64,000 nucleotides of DNA from Gammaproteobacteria bacterium (GTDB taxonomy: Bacteria > Pseudomonadota > Gammaproteobacteria > Steroidobacterales > Foliamicaceae), in assembly GCA_028285945.1 (NCBI GenBank), contig JAPYNE010000010.1, positions 1,057 through 65,056 on the forward strand. The letters run 5' to 3'. Below the pieces are notes generated by a model. That model had not been told where the DNA came from. It saw only the letters and a list, made by a program, of their open reading frames with translations, and searched no databases. Both the position numbers and the translations under genes were made by a program. Positions 17,647-28,901 of the stretch are shown here, piece by piece (the stretch's first letter is position 1; each line of letters opens with the position of its first letter).

Positions 17647-17707
17647 TCGGCACGCATCTTTCGCGCGTCCGCCTCGGCGGGCCGGCATAGAAGCGTGCAT
17701 CGTGCGC

Positions 17708-17784
<77 letters not shown>

Positions 17785-17899
17785 TCTAACTGATCGCAGA
17801 CCGCACTTGAAGGAGTGGCCGGGAGAGAGGATACGCTGTCTTTTGCGGGATTCTTGCGCGGAGGCTTTGCCCGCCTCCATTCCCGGGCCTCGCTCCCCC

Positions 17900-17975
17900 G
17901 GGGCTGTAGCTCAGCAGGGAGAGCATCTGCTTTGCAAGCAGAAGGTCGTCGGTTCGATCCCGATCAGCTCCACCA
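17900..17975 (+). tRNA. tRNA-Ala (anticodon UGC)
   Basis: ggggctgtagctcagcagggagagcatctgctttTGCaagcagaaggtcgtcggttcgatcccgatcagctccacca. It has the G3:U70 identity pair and CCA is encoded. Confidence 0.95.
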
Positions 17976-18163
17976 GATTCAATCGCGCGGCCTTGCCGCC
18001 GCGCGGCACTTTTAAAAACAGGATTGTTCCATTGCCAACAAAGGCGGAGTCAGCTCCCAATGGGCGGATTCCCGCCGGCAATGTTGAACTTGTGGGAACT
18101 GCATTCGCGTGGTTATTTCAAGCGCCCCGAACAGTCTCTAAACGGGAATGTTTCGGGTGACGT

Positions 18164-20657
<2,494 letters not shown>

Positions 20658-20712
20658 ACGTCACACCGAAGCATTCCCCAACGTTCAACGAGCAAAGCAT
20701 GGAACAATTCTG

Positions 20713-20744
20713 GGCGCGTCCTTAGGTCGAACTAAGGACGCGCC
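20713..20744 (+). other. Perfect 13-bp hairpin in the 23S-5S spacer (processing stem candidate)
   Basis: ggcgcgtccttag gtcgaa ctaaggacgcgcc, followed by atcttttt. Confidence 0.5.
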
Positions 20745-20751
20745 ATCTTTT

Positions 20752-20872
20752 TCGCCTGGTGGCAATAGCGGACGGGTCCCACCCGATTCCATTCCGAACT
20801 CGGAAGTGAAAACGTCCAGCGCCGATGGTAGTTCGGGGCCTCCCCGTGCGAGAGTAGGTCACCGCCAGGCAT
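20752..20872 (+). rRNA. rrf: 5S rRNA
   Basis: tcgcctggtggcaatagcgg...ccgaactcggaagtgaaaacg...gccgatggtagt...ccccgtgcgagagtaggtcaccgccaggcat is collinear with E. coli 5S from memory. Confidence 0.9.
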
Positions 20873-20881
20873 CCCGCACCG

Positions 20882-20917
20882 CCGCCCCGCCGCGCAAGCG
20901 CCGGGGCGGTTTTTTTT
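20882..20917 (+). terminator. Intrinsic terminator of the rRNA operon
   Basis: GC-rich hairpin ccgccccgccgcgcaagcgccggggcgg followed by T8 (20910-20917). Confidence 0.75.
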
Positions 20918-21212
20918 GAAAGGAAGCTCAGACCAGCTGCGAGAGAAATGTTTTGGCGCGTTGACTCTGTCGGGTCAAGCGCCTATTGCGGGATGATGGG
21001 TATCGTTCCACTCGGAGCCTGAGTGCGATAGAGGGACATTATGAGCGGTTGGCAGATTTTCGGCGTTATCAGCACCTTCGCGGGGGTGCTCGCCGTGATT
21101 TTGCATTTATGCCTTCAATCAAGTGCATATAATCCCCTCCCATTGAAATCAAACGGGACTTGCCATTATTACAAGAAAGACCACGCTGCTCGCGTCGATA
21201 GCAGGCGCCGCA

Positions 21213-23510
21213 TTGATTGCCGTTTCCTACCACCCCGCACCTGCATTCGCGCAGGAACTCGCTTTAGAGGAGATCATCGTCACCGCCCGAAAACGGGAAG
21301 AGAACCTGCAGGATCTGCCGCTCACGGTAACGGCGCTGACCAACGAGGATATCTACGAACGCGGGGTCGATAACATCCTCGATCTGTCCGACTACACGCC
21401 CGGGTTCTACACCGAAAACGTGGGCGGCCGCGACTCCAATCCGTATTTCCGCAGCCTGGTCGTGAACACGCCGGTGGTTGACCGCCAGAATTCCTCCGTT
21501 TTCGTGGACGGATTCTTTGTTCTTGGCACTGCGGCCACTTTCGGCTTTAACAATATCGAACGGGTGGAGGTGCTCAAGGGCCCCCAATCCGCCCTGTTCG
21601 GTCGTGCCACTTTTGGCGGCGCGGTGAACTACATCACTAAAACCCCGGGCGACGAACTGGAAATCGACGCCAATTTGGACCTCGGCGAACATAGCCGCTC
21701 CGATATCGCCTTGACCGTTTCCGGCCCGCTGTTCCAAGACACACTGAAAGCCATGGTGAGCATTCGCTCCTACAGTTTTGGCGGTGAGTGGAAGAACGTG
21801 GCCGCCATGGAGGACAACGCCACCATCGGCGACGAGGAATCCGTGGCCATCTCCGGCAAGCTCCTGTGGGAACCGACGGAGAGCCTTGCGCTGACTCTAT
21901 TCGCATCCTACGCCGAGGACGATGACGGCTCGCCGCCCACCGTTAGCCTGCCCGCATCGCTGGACAACTGCCTTTTCTACAATTCCACCATCCCTCTGGG
22001 CTACATTTGCGGGGAGCTTCCGGACGATCTGGATACGGTCAAGGCCAACAACAAGCGCGTCGAGGAGCGTTTCGGCGAACCGGTGGGGCAGCTCCAGACC
22101 ACGCGCCGCTACACGGCCCATCTGGATTTCACCGCCCCCAACGACTGGGAAGTGGAACTGCGCGCCGGCACCAACCAGCAAACGGTCGGTGCCATTCTGG
22201 ATGCCAGTTATGACGACAGCGTTGGCCTGCCCAACGGCATCGGCGGCGCAGGCGGGCTGGTGTTCGGCACCGTGGGCCTCGTGGAAGCGAACAGAAACCA
22301 CACCGGCTTTCAGGACATGAGCCTGCAATTGAAGGTGAGGGCCCCGGGATCCGAAAAGCTTTCGGCCTTTGCGGGCGCCTCGTATTACGAGCATGACATT
22401 CTGGAACGCAACCTGCGGCTTACGGCCCGCCGCCCCCACGGTCGCGCCGAGAGCTCCCGCCATATCGAGAACGTATCGGTTTTCGGCAGCATCGCCTATA
22501 GCCTGACTGAGCAGCTCGCCCTAGGCTTGGACGTGCGCTGGCAGAGGGACGATGTGCGCGAGTCCACCGCCGAGTTCGACCCGCAGTCGCCCGCCGATAT
22601 CCCGCGCCTGGGCTCAAGCAGGAACCTCGACGCGTTCGCCTTCGACACCGAGAGCTTCGAGCGCACCCTGCCGCGCTTCATCGTCGATTACAAACCCAAC
22701 GAGGACATGACCCTCTACGGCGTTATTTCGCAGGGCAACAAGCCCGGATTCTTCAACAACCGCGAAACCGCGGAAAATCTCGGCATATCCCCCACCGTGA
22801 AGGAGGAAACCATCTGGAACTACGAGGCCGGGGTCAAGAGCCTGCTGATGGACGGGCGATTGCTGCTGAATGCTGCCGTGTACTACCTTGACTGGTCGGA
22901 CCAGCAGATCCGCCAGACCTTCCTCGACACCCAAGGGCAGGATTCGCAAATCACCACCAACGCGGGCGAAACCGAGGTGTACGGATTCGAGCTGGAGTCC
23001 AGCTTCGTGCTGTCGGAGCGCTGGCGGGCATCCGGCTCCATCGCCTTTGCGGACCCCGAGTACAAGTTCTTCGTGGAGGAAACCTTCGCGCCGCAACTGG
23101 GCGTGGACCCGGACCTGGCCGGCAACGAGCCGTACCGCTATCCGGATTGGCAGGTCCAGCTTTCGGTCGATTACAACAGGCCGCAGGCGCTCGGCAACTG
23201 GGATTTCTTCGCCCGCAGCGATCTGAACATGACCGGGAAGCGCTACTCGGAAATCTACAACCTGTCCTACTTGGGCTGGGAATACAAGTGGAACCTGCGC
23301 GCGGGCCTGGAAAGCGGGAACTTAAGACTGGCGGCCTACGTTAACAACATCCTCGATGATCTGACGCTGGCCGGCTCATTCCGCTTCCGCGACCTGCGCC
23401 GCTTCGCCCGCTTCGATCAGACCACGGGCAACAACACCTTCCCGTATGCCCAGTTGGCCAACCTCAACCGCAGCCGCCACTTCGGCGTGAACGCAAGCTA
23501 CAGCTTCTAA
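21213..23510 (+). CDS. TonB-dependent receptor
   Basis: Plug region EEIIVTARKREENLQDLPLTVTAL and NIERVEVLKGPQSALFGRATFGGAVNYITK. The C-terminal barrel ends ..NASYSF. The true start is probably upstream of the TTG at 21213 (see finding). Confidence 0.85.
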   Translation: MIAVSYHPAPAFAQELALEEIIVTARKREENLQDLPLTVTALTNEDIYERGVDNILDLSDYTPGFYTENVGGRDSNPYFRSLVVNTPVVDRQNSSVFVDGFFVLGTAATFGFNNIERVEVLKGPQSALFGRATFGGAVNYITKTPGDELEIDANLDLGEHSRSDIALTVSGPLFQDTLKAMVSIRSYSFGGEWKNVAAMEDNATIGDEESVAISGKLLWEPTESLALTLFASYAEDDDGSPPTVSLPASLDNCLFYNSTIPLGYICGELPDDLDTVKANNKRVEERFGEPVGQLQTTRRYTAHLDFTAPNDWEVELRAGTNQQTVGAILDASYDDSVGLPNGIGGAGGLVFGTVGLVEANRNHTGFQDMSLQLKVRAPGSEKLSAFAGASYYEHDILERNLRLTARRPHGRAESSRHIENVSVFGSIAYSLTEQLALGLDVRWQRDDVRESTAEFDPQSPADIPRLGSSRNLDAFAFDTESFERTLPRFIVDYKPNEDMTLYGVISQGNKPGFFNNRETAENLGISPTVKEETIWNYEAGVKSLLMDGRLLLNAAVYYLDWSDQQIRQTFLDTQGQDSQITTNAGETEVYGFELESSFVLSERWRASGSIAFADPEYKFFVEETFAPQLGVDPDLAGNEPYRYPDWQVQLSVDYNRPQALGNWDFFARSDLNMTGKRYSEIYNLSYLGWEYKWNLRAGLESGNLRLAAYVNNILDDLTLAGSFRFRDLRRFARFDQTTGNNTFPYAQLANLNRSRHFGVNASYSF

Positions 23511-23543
23511 CCGATCCGCGCCTCGTGGGCCGAAAACCTCGGA

Positions 23544-23570
23544 CTGAAAGCCCCGGACCGAGGCTTTCAG
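23544..23570 (+). terminator. Hairpin after the TonB-dependent receptor gene (weak terminator candidate)
   Basis: ctgaaagcc / ggctttcag is a 9-bp stem with a 9-nt loop. There is no clear U tract. Confidence 0.3.
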
Positions 23571-23670
23571 AGAACATCAGGGACGAGAACATGAGCAGCG
23601 CGCAAAGCGCCAGAGATGTGGTATTTGGGCGATTTCGGCAGCAAGATGATTCGATACTTGAAGAAGGGCA

Positions 23671-25227
23671 TTGCCGCCGGGCAGCAGGATGAGCGCGCCG
23701 CGCGCATCCAGTCGGCGGATGAGGTTCGGAGTGTCCTGCATTAAGCGTGGACTCCTTCGGAGCAAGGCGCTGGGCGCGACAACCGCCCTGATTATTTTCG
23801 CTTTTTTGGCGCATTGGGCTTGGAGGGGCGGCGCAGGCCCAGAAAACCCGGGTGCGGTCGCCAGCCCTGATGCCGGCAGAGCTGGGATAGCGGAGTTCCA
23901 CGCGCAAACGCTCCGGCGGCCCCTGATCCTGCAAGAACCGCCCGGCAGGCCCGGCTACATCGCTCCGCTTTCTCCGGAAGAGGCGATCGGCAATCCGGCA
24001 TGCCGGATGACGATGGGTGTCGGCGCTGCCGCCAGCCTCGCCGCAGTCGCTGTGCAAGGCAGCAGCGAGACCAGATTCTCTGTCCTGGACAGCACGGGCG
24101 CACTTTTTTCCGATGTCCTGCCTTTCCGATCCCATCGCTCCCGGCTCGGAATGAGCCGGAACGGAACGGTTGTTGCCGGTTTCGGCGGCATGCACCTTAA
24201 TCCCGCCTGGTCCCAGTTTTACGATGAGAAGGAGCCCTTGCGAATTTATGTGGACGGTCAGGTGGCGTATGAAAACGATGATATCTGGTTGTTTGATGTG
24301 GCTGATAACGGGGGTTCCTATTTTTTCATTGAACCCTTGGGAACGGAGTTCTCCTCACGGCTGGTCATTGCGAGTCTGGAAGATGGCACGCTGGCGGAAC
24401 ATGATCTTGGCAAGCTTTTTCGGGTGCCTTCCCGTCGCGTTCCGTACCAGGCCGCCTTTACTCAGGATGGCGAGGAAGTGCATTTGAAGCCCGATCATTT
24501 TGATTTCTCCGAAGGCGTTGGATCGCATTATTTCTTCCCGGTCGCGGGAGGCGGAAACGGACGCAAGATTACCGTGCCGAACACGGGCCACGATGATCGC
24601 GCCTATTTCCTGTCTTCCGAGGAAGGCTATTTCTTCCACGGCGGCATTGAGGGAATCTCAGGTTTTCGAGTGGTGAAGAAAAAATTTGACTGGGACAAGA
24701 GGACGGCATCATCCGAATGGGAATTGGAGGCCCCCGCCAGCATGCGGGCCACGCTGTTCGATTCTTCCCCGGACGGAGAGTGGATTCTCTTCGCAACGGG
24801 CACGTCCAGTTCGGTTTCGCGTCCTGCCATGGCGGCGGACTGGATGCTCTTTGTGGTGGACACGAACACCGGGCAGCCTGTCTTTGAGTTTCCGACGGAC
24901 GATGCAGCGCTGCAACTCAGCCGGCTTGCCAGTGTGTTGCCGCCGCAAGCCACCGAAGAGGACGCGGGGATTTTTCGCGCCGCCTTCTTTGTTGGCAACG
25001 AGAAATTCGCGTTACAGCATTACCCTGAGACGCCTGAGTCGGCCGACATGAGGAACAGCGTGCTTGACATTTTCGATATGGGTTCAATCGGGCTGGATAG
25101 CCAACCCTCCCGGAGGGTCGCGATTAACCGGCACGCCATGAATGATTGCGCATCGGAGAACTTTCCCTACCGGCTGGAGGCCGACCGGCGCGGCGCGCTT
25201 GCCTATTCTCCGGTAGAGCCGGATTAA
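23671..25227 (+). CDS. Hypothetical membrane-anchored or secreted protein
   Basis: N-terminal basic segment plus hydrophobic helix LGATTALIIFAFLAHWAW. Later SPDGEWILFATG resembles a TolB/DPP-IV-type propeller blade. No family recognised. Start is uncertain (internal Met MRFGVSC...). Confidence 0.55.
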   Translation: MPPGSRMSAPRASSRRMRFGVSCIKRGLLRSKALGATTALIIFAFLAHWAWRGGAGPENPGAVASPDAGRAGIAEFHAQTLRRPLILQEPPGRPGYIAPLSPEEAIGNPACRMTMGVGAAASLAAVAVQGSSETRFSVLDSTGALFSDVLPFRSHRSRLGMSRNGTVVAGFGGMHLNPAWSQFYDEKEPLRIYVDGQVAYENDDIWLFDVADNGGSYFFIEPLGTEFSSRLVIASLEDGTLAEHDLGKLFRVPSRRVPYQAAFTQDGEEVHLKPDHFDFSEGVGSHYFFPVAGGGNGRKITVPNTGHDDRAYFLSSEEGYFFHGGIEGISGFRVVKKKFDWDKRTASSEWELEAPASMRATLFDSSPDGEWILFATGTSSSVSRPAMAADWMLFVVDTNTGQPVFEFPTDDAALQLSRLASVLPPQATEEDAGIFRAAFFVGNEKFALQHYPETPESADMRNSVLDIFDMGSIGLDSQPSRRVAINRHAMNDCASENFPYRLEADRRGALAYSPVEPD

Positions 25228-25247
25228 GGGTTTCCTGCATGCCCGCG

Positions 25248-25277
25248 CCCGCACGGGCTAGACCCGCACGGGCTAGA
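25248..25277. repeat. Tandem 15-bp direct repeat, two copies
   Basis: cccgcacgggctaga occurs twice back to back. The second copy contains the stop codon of the convergent receptor gene. Confidence 0.7.
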
Positions 25278-27777
25278 AACGCGCGGTGAGTTCCAGGCCC
25301 ACGCGGCGCAGGTCCGCCGGGTGGATGAAGGTGCCGCCGAACTCGGGCGCCGGGATCACTTCCTCCAAGTACGCCTCCTCGGTGGCGTTCTTGGCGAACA
25401 CCACTGCCGAGAGCCAGTCGTTCTCCACGCCTGCGCGCACGTTCAGCACCGTATAGCTGTCGCGCCGGGTGGGCGTGAAATCGCTGGGGGCGCCCTCGAA
25501 CAACGTGGCGCGCTGCTGGTCCTGGACCACATGGAACCACGTTTCGCCCACTGCGGACACATCCGCCGAGGCGGCGAACCGCCAAGCGCCCGCCAGCGGC
25601 ACCACCACGCGGGCCCCGGCGCTGGCGGTCCAGTCCGGCGTGTAGGGGGACTTGTTGCCCACCGTGTCCGGGCGCACGCTGTTGGCCTCGATCTCGCTAT
25701 CGACATAGCCCCAGCCGGCATACACGTCGAGAATGTCCGTCACCGCCCAGCTTGCGCCCACTTCGGCACCTTGCAGGCTCACTTCATCCACGTTGCCGTT
25801 CAAACGCAGCAGGCCGAAAGGCCCCACCATGAACTCGAAGAACTGCATGTCGTCCACCTGCACGTTGAACGCGGTGGCCTCCAGCCTCAAACGGTCGTTG
25901 AGCAGGCTGCCTTTCACGCCCACTTCCAGCGACACGGAAGTTTCCTTGTCCACGTCGTCGGCGATGCCCACGGGCACTTGGGGCGGCGCGCCCGCGTCCG
26001 CTAGGAACACGTTGTTGATGAGGCCGTTGATAAAGATATCGACGGTGGCCTTGGCGCCTTGGTTATTGAAGCCGCCGCTTTTGAAGCCCACGCCGGCGCT
26101 GCCGAACATCGTCCAGTTGTCGGCCACGTCCCAGGTGAGCGACAGCTTGGGTTGAAGCTGGCTGAAAGTGCGCTCCTTGGGGGCGATGCGGCCTTCGGGG
26201 TTCAAGCCCGGGCAAAGTCCCGGATTGATCGGCGTGCCGCCGGTGTAGGGCGGGCCATCGCAATCGATATATTGCGACATCGCGTTTACTGGCACCAGGT
26301 TCTCCACCTCGCGCCGCTCGCTATCGAAGCGCAGTGCCAGCGACACCTCGGTGGTTTCGGTTATTTCGTAGGAAAGCTCGCCGAAAGCCGCCAGCACCCG
26401 GTTGCTGAAGCGGTCGTGCACAAGCTGCTCGGTGGGGTTGTCGCCGCCTTGGGGCACATACAGCTCCATAGTGATGCCGTTGCCCAGATCCAGTCCGGTG
26501 TTCACGCCGACCTCGCGGTCGATGTCCAGCACGTAGGCGCCGGCCAGCCAACTGAGCGGGCCGTCGCTGGTCGAATTAAGGCGCAGCTCGAAACTGTAGT
26601 CGGTTTGCTTGCGCTCCTGGTACTGGGTGCCATCGCAGGCGATGGGCGTGTAGGGTCCCAGCAGCGACACCGGGAAGGTGGGCGTGGGGCCGAGATAGGT
26701 GGGCGCCGGCAGTCGCACTCCGGCGTTGAACGCCTCGGTGACCGAATCCAAGCAGTGCTGGTTGGCGTTGAAGAAGCCGAAGGCGCCGCTGGTGCCGTCG
26801 GCGCTCAGGTTGTTGTCGATCTTGCTGAACAGGAACCAGGCGCGCAGGTCCGCCCAGTCGAGCGCGTGATCGACGCGCGCGGAAAACTCCATGGCTTCCT
26901 GTTCGTTGGTTGGGTCGATATTGCTCTGGAAGGCGAATTCGTGGTCGTTCACGTCCTCGAAGAATTGGGGAACGCTGAACGCTTGCGCGAATCCCGGCAG
27001 GTGGAAGGCGGCGTTGAAGGTGATCGACGCCCCGCTCACTTCGCCGTAACGGAACTTGAAGTCCCAGTTCGTTTCGTCGGACTGGTCCCAAGCGACCCGC
27101 GCGTTGAGGTTGTAGCCGCGATAGTCGTCCACGATGTCATCGCGGTTGAGGTAGGTGTTCTCGTAGAAGCCGTCGGTGGTGCGGTAGTCGCCCTGCAAGC
27201 GGAAGTTCAAGCCCTCGGCCAGCGCGCTCTCCACGGCGCCGGAGTACATCTGGGTGTTGTCGCCCGCGCCGCTGGCCTTGAAGTAGCCGCCGGTTTCGCC
27301 GGCGGGCTTGTCGGTGGTGATGATGATGGCGCCGGCGGCGGCGTTGCGCCCGTACAGCGCGCCCTGCGGCCCCTTGAGGATTTCGATCTGGCTCAGGTTC
27401 GCGTATTCGCGGTTCAGCGCCGCCGGATTGGTCATCAGCACGCCGTCCACGATCAGCGCATAGGAGTTCTCGGCGTCGCGCGCGCCGTTGATGCCGCGAA
27501 TGTTGATTTGCGTGTCGCCCACTTCCGCCGTATCGACGATGGAAACGCCGGGGGTCATGTACACGAAGTCCTCCGCCCGCTGGATGCCGGAGCGCTCGAT
27601 ATCCTCGGCGGTGAGCACCCGCACCGTTCCCGGCACATCGCGCAGCGTTTCCTCGCGCTGGCGAGCGGTCACGATAATTTCCTCGATGGCGTCCTGGGCC
27701 GGGGCGATCGGCGCTAGCAGCGCCGTGGCGATGGCCGCCAAGGCAAAGCGTGTGGGAAGATTCGGATTCATTGTCAA
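25273..27777 (-). CDS. TonB-dependent receptor
   Basis: Signal peptide MTMNPNLPTRFALAAIATALLAPIAPAQD. Plug region IEEIIVTARQREETLRDVPGTVRVL and IEILKGPQGALYGRNAAAGAIIITT. Terminal ..LELTARF. Confidence 0.9.
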   Translation of the reverse strand: MTMNPNLPTRFALAAIATALLAPIAPAQDAIEEIIVTARQREETLRDVPGTVRVLTAEDIERSGIQRAEDFVYMTPGVSIVDTAEVGDTQINIRGINGARDAENSYALIVDGVLMTNPAALNREYANLSQIEILKGPQGALYGRNAAAGAIIITTDKPAGETGGYFKASGAGDNTQMYSGAVESALAEGLNFRLQGDYRTTDGFYENTYLNRDDIVDDYRGYNLNARVAWDQSDETNWDFKFRYGEVSGASITFNAAFHLPGFAQAFSVPQFFEDVNDHEFAFQSNIDPTNEQEAMEFSARVDHALDWADLRAWFLFSKIDNNLSADGTSGAFGFFNANQHCLDSVTEAFNAGVRLPAPTYLGPTPTFPVSLLGPYTPIACDGTQYQERKQTDYSFELRLNSTSDGPLSWLAGAYVLDIDREVGVNTGLDLGNGITMELYVPQGGDNPTEQLVHDRFSNRVLAAFGELSYEITETTEVSLALRFDSERREVENLVPVNAMSQYIDCDGPPYTGGTPINPGLCPGLNPEGRIAPKERTFSQLQPKLSLTWDVADNWTMFGSAGVGFKSGGFNNQGAKATVDIFINGLINNVFLADAGAPPQVPVGIADDVDKETSVSLEVGVKGSLLNDRLRLEATAFNVQVDDMQFFEFMVGPFGLLRLNGNVDEVSLQGAEVGASWAVTDILDVYAGWGYVDSEIEANSVRPDTVGNKSPYTPDWTASAGARVVVPLAGAWRFAASADVSAVGETWFHVVQDQQRATLFEGAPSDFTPTRRDSYTVLNVRAGVENDWLSAVVFAKNATEEAYLEEVIPAPEFGGTFIHPADLRRVGLELTARF

Positions 27778-27920
27778 CTCCTAGTGCGGAACCATGGCCA
27801 GCCTTCCGTTGGCCGACCGCTTGAGCTGTCGGCCATATTAGGCCCGCCCTCCGTTCCGGTCAATGCGCGTTGCCCGGCATGATAGATTAGCGCCCTTTTG
27901 GGACAAGGGCGGGATTTTCG

Positions 27921-28730
27921 ATGGCGGATGCGAGAACGGTGGTGGTGACGGGCGGCACGCGCGGCATCGGCAAGGGCATGGCGCGCGAGTTCCTCAAACG
28001 CGGCCATCGGGTTGCCGTGTGCGGGCGCAGCGACAACAGCGCCGCCGCCGCCGCTGCGGAGCTCGCGGAGTGCGGCGAGGTGCTGGGCCAGGGCTGCGAC
28101 GTGAGCGATTACGCCAGCGTGCAGGCTCTCTGGGACGCGGCGGTTGAGCGCTTCGGCGTGGTGGATATCTGGATCAACAACGCCGGCATCGCCAACCGCC
28201 GATCCAACGTGGATGAGCTCCGGCCCGAAGAAGTGGCGGATGTCGTGAACACAAACCTGACCGGTTCGTTCAACGGCTGCCGGGTCGCGATCGAAGGCAT
28301 GCGAAAGCAGGAAAACGGCGGCGCGGTGTACGTGTTCGAGGGCTTCGGCAGCAACGGCATGACCGCGGCGGGCCTCGCGCCCTACGGATCCACCAAGCGC
28401 GCCATCGCCTACATGGCGAAATCGCTGGCCAAGGAAGTGCGCGGCAGCAAGGTGATTGTGGGCGCGCTGAGCCCTGGCATCGTGATCACCGACATGGCGA
28501 TGCTGGCGGCCGGGCGCGACCCCGAGCGCGAGGCGCAGGCCCGCAAGGTCTATAACATCCTCGGCGACAAGGTGGAGCGGGTCACGCCTTGGCTGGCCGG
28601 GAAGGTGCTGGCGAACCGCAGGAATGGCGCCAGCATCCGGTGGCTCACCAGCCTCCGCGCTGCCGGTCGCTTCCTTTGCCCCGTGTACCATCGCCGCGAC
28701 ATCGTCAGCGACTACACCCCCGCGGCGTAG
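27921..28730 (+). CDS. SDR family oxidoreductase
   Basis: Cofactor motif VVVTGGTRGIGKGMA, NNAG, and catalytic YGSTKRAIAYM (YxxxK). Confidence 0.85.
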   Translation: MADARTVVVTGGTRGIGKGMAREFLKRGHRVAVCGRSDNSAAAAAAELAECGEVLGQGCDVSDYASVQALWDAAVERFGVVDIWINNAGIANRRSNVDELRPEEVADVVNTNLTGSFNGCRVAIEGMRKQENGGAVYVFEGFGSNGMTAAGLAPYGSTKRAIAYMAKSLAKEVRGSKVIVGALSPGIVITDMAMLAAGRDPEREAQARKVYNILGDKVERVTPWLAGKVLANRRNGASIRWLTSLRAAGRFLCPVYHRRDIVSDYTPAA

Positions 28731-28748
28731 TGAAGTGACGGACGGCGT

Positions 28749-28857
28749 GCGCTTTCTCACGTTCCTTGAACCTAGGACTGTCTGAGCCAGGATGGCGAAG
28801 CCAAGCTCCATGGACGGGTTGATGCGTGTCCTTGGCGCAAGGAACGTGAGAAAGCGC
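28749..28857. repeat. Palindromic intergenic element, family 1 (divergent copy, reverse orientation)
   Basis: 19-bp perfect arms gcgctttctcacgttcctt / aaggaacgtgagaaagcgc. They enclose a core whose reverse complement (ggacacgcatcaacccgtccatggagcttggc) resembles the family-1 core. Confidence 0.6.
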
Positions 28858-28901
28858 CGCGCCCGCCGCATGGATACTCACTGGGAGCTCTGAACTCAAA
28901 G

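Noticed and set aside
5520-17700. Calling the accessory island a mobile element (integrative element, prophage remnant)
   Set aside because: No integrase, transposase, phage structural gene or flanking tRNA-derived direct repeat could be found by eye. It is reported only as a mosaic island.
21100-21180. Fur box or promoter upstream of the TonB-dependent receptor (AT-rich patch with a perfect TATAAT at 21128-21133)
   Set aside because: I found no convincing match to the 19-bp Fur consensus GATAATGATAATCATTATC. There is also no acceptable -35 element at 16-18 nt. This is too weak to call.
21041-21373. 110-aa ORF with a hydrophobic N-terminus upstream of, and overlapping, the receptor gene
   Set aside because: It overlaps the receptor's probable signal-peptide coding region in another frame. 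It has no ribosome-binding site, and its second half is Arg-rich nonsense. It is probably not a gene.
26059-27717. 552-aa plus-strand ORF
   Set aside because: It is antisense to the TonB-dependent receptor at 25273-27777. The composition is a high-GC artefact.
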